DNA of 63,683 nucleotides, filler included. It is 11 parts of 11 records of this genome, joined end to end, with 100 filler letters (N's around TTAATTAATTAA, not from the genome) between each part and the next. Parts side by side here need not be neighbours in the genome. Positions count along the whole stretch, not along the records: positions 7,877 to 13,646 come from SRR31156797_145795; positions 13,747 to 19,253 come from SRR31156797_146066; 9 more parts are not named here. One strand, 5' to 3'. Made by a program: the position numbers and the translations under genes. Of the stretch, positions 10,319-19,353 are shown piece after piece. The stretch's first letter is position 1. Every line of letters starts with the position of its first letter. The notes beneath the pieces are model-generated. The model did not search any database. It was not told the origin of the DNA and saw only the letters and a program-made list of their open reading frames with translations.

Positions 10319-11230
10319 CTACGTTATAATCCAGACCGTATCCTTACATCCCGCATACACGACTTTACTGCTCACTCGGCCAATGAAAAAATCCCTGGCG
10401 CGAGTTAGCCCGCGTCTTCCAAGAACGATTGTTCCCCATTTCCCCTCTTCCGCGGTTTTGACAATCGCACCTGCACGACTGAGCACACCCGTAACGGCAT
10501 TGGTGGAGAGCGCATTTTGCGAAAAACCGCCTTCCATCAGTATCCTTGAAGCATCCTCGAAAATGGACTTCGTGTCGTTGATGCGGTTTTTATTGAATAT
10601 GTCCAGATCGCTCAACCCCCCACCCCTTACCGCATGAAACAAGCAGACCTCGTATCCTTCAAGCGACCCCAAGGTTTCGGCCACAAACCGAACCGCCCTC
10701 GTGGCGCATGGGGATCCATCTACCGCAAGCAGAACCTTTTTGTTGACGGGGTTTCTTCCGGCAATGAGAACCGGCATAAATGTCAATTTTTCCATCAGTT
10801 TGCCGCTAACGCTACCCATCACGATGTTGTTGAGTGCCGTGACGCCTCGACGGCGTATCAAAACGGCATCATACCCTTTCTGGGCTTCGGCAATAATATC
10901 ACGCGCCACACCGCGTCTTCGATTCTGAATTTTTATCTCTACATCCGTTTCTGTATACCCGGCCGCCAAAAGGATCTCTTTGGCTTTTTCCATACATTTT
11001 ATAGCCTCTTTTTTCTGGTTCACCTCCCAACTTCTCACATGCCGAACCACGTTGACGCTTTTCGGCTCTTTTTCCAAATCGTAGTATGCATCAGGGATGC
11101 TGTTGAAAACGTGGAACAACACGATGCGCATCTGTTTGAATGCATTTTCTTCTCCGGCATACTTTATGGTTTGCATCGCCCTTTTTGAACAGTCTACGGC
11201 GATCAACAGTTTTTTTTGTTTGTGTTCCAT
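10319..11230 (-). CDS. Universal stress protein (tandem USP domains)
   Basis: LLIAVDCS and LLAVDGS; MGSVS and IVLGRRG...IGRVS motifs. Confidence 0.9.
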   Translation of the reverse strand: MEHKQKKLLIAVDCSKRAMQTIKYAGEENAFKQMRIVLFHVFNSIPDAYYDLEKEPKSVNVVRHVRSWEVNQKKEAIKCMEKAKEILLAAGYTETDVEIKIQNRRRGVARDIIAEAQKGYDAVLIRRRGVTALNNIVMGSVSGKLMEKLTFMPVLIAGRNPVNKKVLLAVDGSPCATRAVRFVAETLGSLEGYEVCLFHAVRGGGLSDLDIFNKNRINDTKSIFEDASRILMEGGFSQNALSTNAVTGVLSRAGAIVKTAEEGKWGTIVLGRRGLTRARDFFIGRVSSKVVYAGCKDTVWIIT

Positions 11231-11253
11231 AGGTCAATCCTCCTTTCAATCCT

Positions 11254-11940
11254 TTATCGATCTTGTAAAATGATCCTTTTATCTTCACGGTGATCCACAA
11301 AGTAGCGCAGGTTCGCCATGCCTTTGAGAAGCTCCAGCATTTCATCAAGACGTTTACGGGGAATTCCGTAGCATCTCAAATAGACGTTGCGAAAACCCGA
11401 AGGGGCTCTTTCATATGTTGAAAGAATGCTTGCCATACGACCGCCGAAATTTCTGACGACATCGACAATTTCTTTGATCGATCCCGGATTGTCCTTGAGA
11501 AGAAAGGCCAGATGAAGCCCTCTTTTATTCAGCCCTGTAATGTACAAGGTCGCCTTGAAAAGGTCGGTCTGGGTGATAACGCCACAAAGCCGATTTTCTT
11601 CGTTGGTGACAGGTGCCCCTGAAATTTTGTTCGCCAGCAGTAAATTCGCCGCTTCTTCCAACGTCCAATCGGACTTTACGGTGACCACGTCGTCCGTCAT
11701 GATCTCCCTTACCTTTATTTTGGTGATAAGGTAGAGAAGTTCGTGTACATCCAGGGAAGTGGCATCCGATGCAGATGCCCGCTTCAGGTCACGGTCTGTC
11801 ACGATACCGCAAAGAACACCTTTCTCCGTAACAGGCAGCAACCGTATATTCTTCTCTTTCACCAACGATATTGCATGTTGCATGGTGTCATTCTTATCGA
11901 TCGTTATTGCCGGTTGACTCATCCAGTATTTGACCAACAT
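11254..11940 (-). CDS. acuB: CBS-pair + ACT domain protein (AcuB-like)
   Basis: GIVTDRDLK..S.S.ATSL...EL.YL motif, second CBS GVITQTDLF, C-terminal D.PG ACT-like domain. Confidence 0.75.
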   Translation of the reverse strand: MLVKYWMSQPAITIDKNDTMQHAISLVKEKNIRLLPVTEKGVLCGIVTDRDLKRASASDATSLDVHELLYLITKIKVREIMTDDVVTVKSDWTLEEAANLLLANKISGAPVTNEENRLCGVITQTDLFKATLYITGLNKRGLHLAFLLKDNPGSIKEIVDVVRNFGGRMASILSTYERAPSGFRNVYLRCYGIPRKRLDEMLELLKGMANLRYFVDHREDKRIILQDR

Positions 11941-11973
11941 GGTGCACCCCTTTCTTTTGACAGATAACGAAAC

Positions 11974-12450
11974 TTAATCCCGTTTTCCTTTTTCAAAACC
12001 CGCGGGGATGGTTAAAAGCGGAATGGGAGATTTCCGATACAGCTTTCTGGCAACCGATCCGATCACGGCGTCCGCCAGATTGCTGCGCCCCTTTGTTCCA
12101 ACCACAAGAAGGTCCGCTTTTTCTGCCTCAACAGCATCGAGTAGTTCACTATGAGGGACGCCGCTGCGAATAAAAAAGCGGCAATCAACAGAATCCGGGC
12201 ACACCTTCCGAACAAGATCTCTCATTTTCGACTTGCAATCATCTTCTTGTCCCGCCAGATAATCGGGGTAGGAAAAAGATTCAAAACCAATCATGGTTCG
12301 ATGGACCATGTCCAAATCACGCTGGTTAATTACGTTGACCAATATGAGCTCCGCATCCAGTTTCATTGCCAACGCACCCCCGTATTGAACTATCGTTTCT
12401 GAAAAATCGGACATGTCTACGGCTACTACTATTTTTGTCTTTTTTGTCAT
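11974..12450 (-). CDS. Universal stress protein
   Basis: IVVAVDMS; DLLVVGTKGRS...IGSVA. Confidence 0.9.
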   Translation of the reverse strand: MTKKTKIVVAVDMSDFSETIVQYGGALAMKLDAELILVNVINQRDLDMVHRTMIGFESFSYPDYLAGQEDDCKSKMRDLVRKVCPDSVDCRFFIRSGVPHSELLDAVEAEKADLLVVGTKGRSNLADAVIGSVARKLYRKSPIPLLTIPAGFEKGKRD

Positions 12451-12512
12451 GTGTCGCTCCTTATTCTTTGGTAGTAGGTTTCTTTAAATATTTTTCACCT
12501 GACGAAGGGTTG

Positions 12513-12529
12513 AGCAACCTGCGTGCCAA
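12513..12529 (-). promoter_or_regulatory. Sigma54 (RpoN) -24/-12 promoter upstream of the USP-acuB-USP-pat cluster
   Basis: Minus strand reads TTGGCACG-CAGG-TTGCT, matching TGGCACG-N4-TTGC, about 60 nt upstream of the first ATG. Confidence 0.8.
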
Positions 12530-12723
12530 ATTCAGGAGAGTACTCTAAAGTGTTTTTAATCGATAATATCTGGCTGTTATAAAATTTTAAACAGAATCAC
12601 TTGATCAGGGAAATGTCAGCTTCTTTTTCAGGATGTAAAAATCCACGCCCCATAAGCCCCGCCCTGCAGGGTAACCTGCATTCGGGATTTATTTAATCAT
12701 TCAAAGTGGAATCTATGGGGCGC

Positions 12724-12826
12724 CAATCTCAAATGGCCAATGACAAATGCCAATTGGAGGTATTCTATCCAGTTAAAATGGACCTGATCCTTCAATTGGC
12801 ATTTGGATTTTGACACTTGTCATTTA
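12724..12826. repeat. Imperfect inverted repeat built of 7-nt units
   Basis: Left arm caatctc-aaatggc-caatgac-aaatgc-caatt; right arm aattggc-atttgga-ttttgac-acttgtc-attt. Confidence 0.6.
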
Positions 12827-13016
12827 GGTCAATCCCAAGAAAGCTTCGGCATTACAACATTTGCCAGGATTTGATTCCAAATACTGCTACCCTGTCGCGC
12901 CCTGTTTCTGCAGTGGTATTTTGTATGGATTGATGTTATTGAACACGAAAGATAGAATGCGAGGTTATCTGTGCGCGAGTCCTTGGTATTTTGCATAAAC
13001 CAGCGTGAGGTGTTTG

Positions 13017-13646
13017 ATGCCTGATTTCACACCTGTAATCGTAATTGATCGTGAAACGGGTGAACCGTTCGAAGAGAGGGTTTTGGGTGAGAAATGGATA
13101 CGTTGGGCGTATCAGGACTCAAAATCGAGTATCCTGGAACGCATCCTTTTCAGGTCATCCATCATCAGTAAACTGATGGGAAAATGGTACGACTCCTCCT
13201 TCTCCAAAGGGAAGATTGAAGCAGTGATCGAAGAGCTCGATATTGATGTCGACGAGTTCGCTCAACCCAAAGAGAGTTACCAATCCTTCAACGAGTTCTT
13301 TACCCGACGATTGAAGCCTGCTGCACGCCCTTTCGACGCGACGCCCGATGCGGTTGTATCTCCCGCCGACGGTCGTGTTCTGGTTTTCCCCACAGTCGAT
13401 AAAAACACCTTTGCACCGGTAAAGGGTCGCTCTTTCGAGATCTGCAAAATGCTTCCCGGTGAATCGGATCGCTATACCGACGGGGCCTTGGCCATTGTCC
13501 GTCTCTGCCCCGCAGATTACCACCGTTACCATTTCCCCTGTTCGGGCAACATCTCCGAATACCGGTCTATTGCCGGTGCACTGCACTCGGTGAACCCAAT
13601 CGCACTGGCAAGCGGCCCCGATGTCTTCGGCGACAACAAGCGAAGC
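13017..13646 (+). CDS. psd: Phosphatidylserine decarboxylase (3' truncated)
   Basis: SFNEFFTRRLK, VSPADGR, RLCPADYHRYHFP and SVNPIA motifs. Confidence 0.9.
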
Positions 13647-13746
13647 NNNNNNNNNNNNNNNNNNNNNNNNNNNNNNNNNNNNNNNNNNNNTTAATTAATT
13701 AANNNNNNNNNNNNNNNNNNNNNNNNNNNNNNNNNNNNNNNNNNNN
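13647..13746. other. Artificial contig linker
   Basis: 44N-TTAATTAATTAA-44N. Confidence 0.98.
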
Positions 13747-14193
13747 GGAGCGGAAAAAGATGAGTTGATTGTTGATTCGGCAGCCATGAAGATGGAAATT
13801 CTCATGGCAAACAAAGATTTATATAACGTTCTCGAAAACCATGCAGCTCGGATTTCGGATTCCATTGGAACGGTATATGAATGGTCAAATAAAGTGATCC
13901 CTGTAATCAGTAGCATGGTCATGAAGGGTTTCAAACCAACAATCGATTCCGTTTCGAAGGAACTCGCATTGAGCAGGCGCAGTCTTCAAACAAATCTCAA
14001 AGGGGAACAGACGACTTTCAGAAAATGTTTGGAGAAAGTGCGCAAGCAAACAGCTCTCGATTATCTTGGTAGACCTGATGTTTCCATTTGTGATGTGGCC
14101 TTTCTGCTCGGGTATTCTGAGCAAAGTGCCTTCAATCATGCATTCAAACGGTGGACGGGGAAAAGCCCCCAAGATTATCGCAACCAATATTAG
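13747..14193 (+). CDS. AraC-family transcriptional regulator (5' truncated)
   Basis: SRRSLQ..L and VAFLLGYSEQSAFNHAFKRWTGKSP HTH motifs. Confidence 0.9.
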   Translation, partial: GAEKDELIVDSAAMKMEILMANKDLYNVLENHAARISDSIGTVYEWSNKVIPVISSMVMKGFKPTIDSVSKELALSRRSLQTNLKGEQTTFRKCLEKVRKQTALDYLGRPDVSICDVAFLLGYSEQSAFNHAFKRWTGKSPQDYRNQY

Positions 14194-14411
14194 CCCCCAA
14201 ACAGATCTGCCTTCTCTTCCTTTTTACTTTTATCTCAGGCTTTTAGCTTGGCCTTCCTATTTGTTTCGAAGATCGAATTGTGATCATCTGTCTTTTCGTG
14301 TCTACTTTTTATCACCAGGTTTTTCTACTCTCCTTTCATTTCTACAGACTTCAAACGGTCCATGATTTAACGATGAAAATAGGATTCGTGAACACTTTTT
14401 GAAAACAGTAA

Positions 14412-14440
14412 TTGACATGCGCAGGAGATGCTTATATATT
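14412..14440 (+). promoter_or_regulatory. Sigma70 promoter of arsR
   Basis: TTGACA-17 nt-TATATT, 25 nt upstream of the ATG at 14466. Confidence 0.7.
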
Positions 14441-14456
14441 CCACAAAAACGATATA
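14435..14456. promoter_or_regulatory. Putative ArsR operator 1 (TATATT-N9-CGATATA)
   Basis: Imperfect palindrome overlapping the -10 box; same motif recurs at 14830-14851. Confidence 0.55.
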
Positions 14457-14465
14457 GAGGGCGAA

Positions 14466-14813
14466 ATGAAAGAATTTATCCGCGTCATGAAGGCGCTTTC
14501 CGATCCGACAAGAGTCAAGATACTAAAAATTCTTGAAAAACGTCTAATGTGTGTTTGCGAAATTCAGACTGCCATTGGCGCCGCTCAATCTACAGCCAGC
14601 AAACATCTGAAAATGCTGGAGGATGCGGGACTTGTTGAATCGCAAAAGGATGGGCTGTGGGTCAATTACACCCTTGCCGACGGAAAGCAGAGTCCTTATG
14701 CCGCCTCCATTCTTGGTAATCTGCGGCATTGGCTGAATGATGAAGAGGATGTCGCCAGCCTCATGGGGTCCATCGATCAAATCGACCGTTTCGAAATTCT
14801 GAACAAGAACTAA
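14466..14813 (+). CDS. arsR: ArsR/SmtB-family transcriptional repressor
   Basis: KALSDPTRVKIL, MCVCEI, SKHLK.L..AGLV. Confidence 0.9.
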   Translation: MKEFIRVMKALSDPTRVKILKILEKRLMCVCEIQTAIGAAQSTASKHLKMLEDAGLVESQKDGLWVNYTLADGKQSPYAASILGNLRHWLNDEEDVASLMGSIDQIDRFEILNKN

Positions 14814-14829
14814 TATTTTTTACCGTTTT

Positions 14830-14851
14830 TATATTATTATATTGCGATATA
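14830..14851. promoter_or_regulatory. Putative ArsR operator 2 (TATATT-N9-CGATATA)
   Basis: Second copy of the motif, between arsR and the permease gene. Confidence 0.5.
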
Positions 14852-14918
14852 TCAAATTACAAACAGTTTGCATTTACAAAGCGCCAATATCACTGGCGGT
14901 ATTTAGGAGTCCGGGATC

Positions 14919-16301
14919 ATGAGCGAAACCCTTTCACTGGCCAACAGGGACAGTTCCTTAGATGCTTCAAACGATGAAAAAATAGAAGAGGAGCCCAGTC
15001 AGATTGATTGGCAAACCATCTGGAAACCCTTAAGCTTAATCGTCGGCGGCTTTTTGCTCTTCTTTTTCCTGCCCATGGACAGCGCCCGGTTTACCAGTTC
15101 CATTATCGAATCCCTGGCATTGGCCAGATGGTATGCCCAGGAGCACGTGCTTTTGTGTCTTGTCCCGGCATTTTTTATTGCGGGTGCGGTTGCCGTATTC
15201 GTCTCCCAGGGATCGGTCATGAAATACCTCGGGGCCGGTGCAAATAAGGTGCTCTCGTACGGTGTGGCCAGCGTATCCGGTTCTGTGTTGGCGGTTTGTT
15301 CATGCACCATCCTGCCACTGTTCGCCGGAATATGGAAACGTGGTGCCGGTTTGGGACCGGCCATCGCTTTTCTTTATTCAGGCCCGGCCATCAACGTGTT
15401 GGCCATTATTTTGACGGCACGCATACTGGGGCCCGAAATCGGCGTAGCCCGTGCCGTGGGCGCGATTATTTTCAGCATCATCATCGGCCTGTTCATGCAT
15501 TTTATGTTTAGAAAGGAAGAAGAAGCCAAGGCTGCCGCTGCCATGCATATGCCGGAGCCGGAGGTCGAACGGCCCCTTTGGCAGACCCTCCTGCTATTCG
15601 CCGTCATGGTGGGCCTTCTGGTCTCCGCAACCTGGGGGAAACCTGAACAGGCTAGCGGTTTCTGGTCGGCCGTGTTTAGCGTAAAATGGCTCCTTGCCGG
15701 CGGATTTGCAACACTTCTGGGCATCCTGATGGTGCGCTGGATGCGCGTCAAGTTTTATAAATTTATCTTTGCCGCGGTGGCTGTTCTGATTCCTGCTTTG
15801 CTTCTTCCTCAGCAACCGTTGATCGCATTCTCCGTGGGTCTTGTCGCTTTTGTCAGTTTGCTGACAACCACACGCGGCGAGACCGAATCCTGGTTTACCG
15901 CTTCTTGGGATTTCGCCAAGCAGATCATGCCGCTTTTGCTTGCAGGCGTTCTGGTGGCGGGCCTGCTTTTGGGAAGACCTGGTTCAGAAGGTCTGATCCC
16001 TTCTACATGGATCAGCGGCCTCGTAGGAGGCAATTCATTCTGGGCCAACCTGTTTGCCTCTGTCGTCGGAGCCTTCATGTATTTTGCTACCCTGACGGAA
16101 GTACCCATTTTGCAGGGGCTTATCGGCGCTGGGATGGGAAAAGGCCCGGCACTGGCGCTGCTTTTGGCGGGGCCTGCTTTGAGTCTGCCCAACATGCTTG
16201 TCATCCGCAGCGTTTTGGGCACCAAGAAAACCGCCGCCTTCGTGTTGCTCGTCGTGGTAATGGCCACCATCAGTGGACTGATCTTTGGACATTTTTTTTA
16301 G
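14919..16301 (+). CDS. ArsP (DUF318) family permease
   Basis: AVCSCTILPLF, FLYSGPAIN, FMYFATLTEVPI and LLAGPALSLP motifs; located in ars cluster. Confidence 0.85.
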   Translation: MSETLSLANRDSSLDASNDEKIEEEPSQIDWQTIWKPLSLIVGGFLLFFFLPMDSARFTSSIIESLALARWYAQEHVLLCLVPAFFIAGAVAVFVSQGSVMKYLGAGANKVLSYGVASVSGSVLAVCSCTILPLFAGIWKRGAGLGPAIAFLYSGPAINVLAIILTARILGPEIGVARAVGAIIFSIIIGLFMHFMFRKEEEAKAAAAMHMPEPEVERPLWQTLLLFAVMVGLLVSATWGKPEQASGFWSAVFSVKWLLAGGFATLLGILMVRWMRVKFYKFIFAAVAVLIPALLLPQQPLIAFSVGLVAFVSLLTTTRGETESWFTASWDFAKQIMPLLLAGVLVAGLLLGRPGSEGLIPSTWISGLVGGNSFWANLFASVVGAFMYFATLTEVPILQGLIGAGMGKGPALALLLAGPALSLPNMLVIRSVLGTKKTAAFVLLVVVMATISGLIFGHFF

Positions 16302-16411
16302 CCATGCGTACCCTGCCGCAACACTTGGCTTCGTCGGGGCAAGCCGATCCATCAAAGCGTTTAAAGGCAACCAACCCGACGAGCTGGCCTTAAACAAAAG
16401 GGGACCTTCGC

Positions 16412-16801
16412 ATGAACGTTCTTGAAATCGAATGGCGTCATTTGGAAAAGAATGGCAAAACCTGTGATCGGTGCTCGGACACAGGGGATACGATCCGCAC
16501 CGCCTGCATGGATATCGTCAAAGAATTGAAACCCAAAGGCTGGGAGGTTGTCTTTAAGGAAACGCTGTTAACGGATCAGCAGATACCGGAATCAAACAGC
16601 ATTTATTTGAACGGAATCTCAATTGAGAAATTACTACCTGGCACACGCAAAGCGGAAAACTGCTGCGTCTCGTGCGGTGAGATCCTCGGATCCCCCACGA
16701 TGTGCCGGACCCTTGAACGGAACGGTCAAACCTTCGAGGCGATACCCGCTTCCATGATCGTAGAAGCCGCTCATCGGTTTGTCCAAACACAAAATAAGTG
16801 A
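16412..16801 (+). CDS. DUF2703-like Cys-rich protein
   Basis: IEW.HL...G.TCDRC..TG, SNSI.LNG and C.SC...CR motifs. Confidence 0.7.
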   Translation: MNVLEIEWRHLEKNGKTCDRCSDTGDTIRTACMDIVKELKPKGWEVVFKETLLTDQQIPESNSIYLNGISIEKLLPGTRKAENCCVSCGEILGSPTMCRTLERNGQTFEAIPASMIVEAAHRFVQTQNK

Positions 16802-16813
16802 AGGAGAACAAAA

Positions 16814-17044
16814 ATGGACATCAAAGTACTGGGGCCTGGGTGCCCGAAATGTGAGAAGACGGAGAAAATCGTAAAAGACGCAGTAGCCGAAAGCGGTGTG
16901 GATGCATCGGTAGAAAAGGTCACCGAAACCTTGGCCATCGCGGAGTATGGCGTGTTTGGAACCCCCGCCGTCGTCATTGATGGCGAGGTGAAATCGGTGG
17001 GCAAAATTCCCAAAAAAGAAGAGGTGATCGCTTGGATCGGATGA
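16814..17044 (+). CDS. Small redox-active disulfide protein (MTH895/thioredoxin-like)
   Basis: IKVLGPGCPKC...YGV..TPAVVIDG. Confidence 0.9.
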   Translation: MDIKVLGPGCPKCEKTEKIVKDAVAESGVDASVEKVTETLAIAEYGVFGTPAVVIDGEVKSVGKIPKKEEVIAWIG

Positions 17045-17080
17045 TCGATTCGGCAAGGTGGATGTATTACAAAGATACCG

Positions 17081-17509
17081 ATGAAACAATCATCTAACAA
17101 ACAGGTGGACATGAAGAATCCATTGGAGCGGTATATACGCTATTTTTTAATCCTTGCCGGCCTGGCTTCTGGTGCCACTACAGGTGCTTACGCAGAAACC
17201 CGTGTTGACTTCAATGCACTTCCTGTCAAAGGCATGGTCACCATGGTCGATCTGGGGGCCAAAAAGTGCATTCCCTGCAAGATGATGGCACCCATCATGG
17301 AAAAGATGGAGAAAAAATATGATGGCAAAGCCGCCATTGTGTTTATCGACGTATGGGAGAATCCGGAACAGGCCCGCCGATTTGGCATCAGGGGAATTCC
17401 CACACAGATCTTTTATGATGCAGACGGTAAAGAGGTGACGCGCCATGTCGGCTTCATGCCCGAAGAGAGTATCGTAAAAACACTCAGCCAGTTGGGTGTA
17501 AAGCCTTAA
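17081..17509 (+). CDS. Exported thioredoxin-family protein
   Basis: Signal-like N-terminus; CIPC active site; GIRGIPTQIF; alternative start at 17111. Confidence 0.85.
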   Translation: MKQSSNKQVDMKNPLERYIRYFLILAGLASGATTGAYAETRVDFNALPVKGMVTMVDLGAKKCIPCKMMAPIMEKMEKKYDGKAAIVFIDVWENPEQARRFGIRGIPTQIFYDADGKEVTRHVGFMPEESIVKTLSQLGVKP

Positions 17510-17524
17510 CGCGAGGGGGGAGGA

Positions 17525-18241
17525 ATGCTGGATTCCTTTTTTATTGCCATTCATGCATGGATGACCAGTGCCTCGGCCATCGCCTACATTGGCTGCTTTC
17601 TCTGGGGGATGGTAAGCGTGATGTTCAGTCCTTGCCACCTGGCATCCATTCCCTTGATCGTTGCTTATGTCGCCGGTCAAAAGAGCGCTGTGAATCCCAA
17701 GCGGGCAAGCCTTTATGCCGGTGCATTCACTGCAGGGCTGTTCATCACGATCGCACTGGTCGGCATTGTTTGCGCCATACTGGGACGCATGCTCGGGGAT
17801 GTGGGGCTGTGGTGGCAACTGCCGGTGGGAATAATTTTGGTATGGGTCGCATTGGGGATGCTGGGAGTTCAGGCTTGCACCCTATCCGGGTCGATGCTTT
17901 ATCGATTGAACCTGCGTGGCGTCCACGGTGCTTTTGGTTTGGGTTTGGCCTATGGCATTTTGTCCGGTTCGTGCACCTTCGGCTTTATTGCTCCGATTCT
18001 GGCGGTGGTTACTGTCCAAAAGCAGTTTGTAACGGGATCCCTGATGATGATTTTATTTGCGGTGGGACATTGCCTGCCCATTGTGATCGCTGGCAGTTCT
18101 ACCGCCTTGGTGAGAAAGTTGACCGAAAATCATGCGTGGCAAGGAGTAGGGAACTGGTTCCGCAAAGGTGCCGGTGTGATTGTCGGTTTAATGGGCTTGT
18201 ATTTCATGGCCCGCCCATTCATTGATGCCAGCAGTGCATAA
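17525..18241 (+). CDS. ccdA: CcdA/DsbD-type transmembrane electron transporter
   Basis: FSPCHL..IPL and GSCT Cys motifs in a polytopic membrane protein next to thioredoxins. Confidence 0.8.
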   Translation: MLDSFFIAIHAWMTSASAIAYIGCFLWGMVSVMFSPCHLASIPLIVAYVAGQKSAVNPKRASLYAGAFTAGLFITIALVGIVCAILGRMLGDVGLWWQLPVGIILVWVALGMLGVQACTLSGSMLYRLNLRGVHGAFGLGLAYGILSGSCTFGFIAPILAVVTVQKQFVTGSLMMILFAVGHCLPIVIAGSSTALVRKLTENHAWQGVGNWFRKGAGVIVGLMGLYFMARPFIDASSA

Positions 18242-18266
18242 TGGTAATTTGATTATGGAGGAAAAG

Positions 18267-18806
18267 ATGCTTCTCGAATCCTACCGGCTTGAAATCTTCA
18301 ACAACAAGTGTATGCCAAGTGCCATGACCGTACAGTGTTTTGCCCACCTGGACCAGGATGTCTCCGAAGCGCTGCCTTTTTTGAATACTGAACTGGGTGG
18401 ATTTGAATACATCAAGGACCCACCGTCTGTAACCTTCCGGTTACACGGTAAACTGCTTACCGTGCATGGCAACAAGATTGCCGTGAATGCACTCAAAGAT
18501 GAAAAAGAAGCCCGTAAGATTGTTGAATGGGTAAAACGCGAGATCAACGACGCATGGGAAAAACGCGATACCATAAAACCTCGTTTTGAAGGAATGCCTC
18601 GCCCCCAGGTAATCCAGATTTTGAAATACCTGCCCCAAACCAATTGCCGCGATTGCGGGGAACCCACCTGCATGGTCTTTGCAGCCCGTGTGACCGAGGG
18701 TGTCAAAGACAGCAATGATTGCCCACCATTGTCACCGTCGGCCAAAGCGGAATTGGACACCTACATGAAACCGTTTGCGGTGGATGTGGATGGCATACCA
18801 TGGTGA
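18267..18806 (+). CDS. Fe-S cluster-binding protein (C-terminal FeS domain)
   Basis: LPQTNCRDCGEPTCMVFA...CPPL motif; GGAGG RBS before ATG 18267. Confidence 0.8.
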   Translation: MLLESYRLEIFNNKCMPSAMTVQCFAHLDQDVSEALPFLNTELGGFEYIKDPPSVTFRLHGKLLTVHGNKIAVNALKDEKEARKIVEWVKREINDAWEKRDTIKPRFEGMPRPQVIQILKYLPQTNCRDCGEPTCMVFAARVTEGVKDSNDCPPLSPSAKAELDTYMKPFAVDVDGIPW

Positions 18807-19068
18807 AAGACCACGGTTTGCAGATCAGAAGAGCAATTTGGCAGATTTCGGCACCAATCGTTGTTGCAGTCATCACCGATACACTCGCAAATGCGTGGGG
18901 AAGCGACGGCACACCCCTTGGCGGTGGCTGGCGGGGTAAACGATAGAAACGATTGCGGACCTGATAAACACGTCTGGAAAACCTTTGCGGTCAACATAAT
19001 CGGCCGGGTCTTGTGGAAACGTTCGTTGACAATAAGGCCGAAAACAAAAAAACAAAGAGCAGGTGATC

Positions 19069-19253
19069 ATGACCAAGAAAGTAAATATTCTGTTTTTATG
19101 CACCGGCAATTCATGTAGAAGTCAAATGGCCGAAGGGTGGGCCAAACACTTGAAAAGTGACGTTTTAAACTGCCGGTCGGCAGGCATCGAAACTCACGGG
19201 CTCAACCCCATGGCGGTCAAAGCCATGGCCGAAATGGGTGTGGACATCTCCCG
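19069..19253 (+). CDS. arsC: Arsenate reductase, thioredoxin-coupled LMW-PTP family (3' truncated)
   Basis: [18 protein letters not shown]-loop. Confidence 0.9.
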
Positions 19254-19353
19254 NNNNNNNNNNNNNNNNNNNNNNNNNNNNNNNNNNNNNNNNNNNNTTA
19301 ATTAATTAANNNNNNNNNNNNNNNNNNNNNNNNNNNNNNNNNNNNNNNNNNNN
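19254..19353. other. Artificial contig linker
   Basis: 44N-TTAATTAATTAA-44N. Confidence 0.98.

Noticed and set aside
14919-18806. Selenocysteine read-through in redox genes of the ars cluster
   Set aside because: All the redox motifs I checked use Cys codons; no in-frame TGA at a catalytic position.
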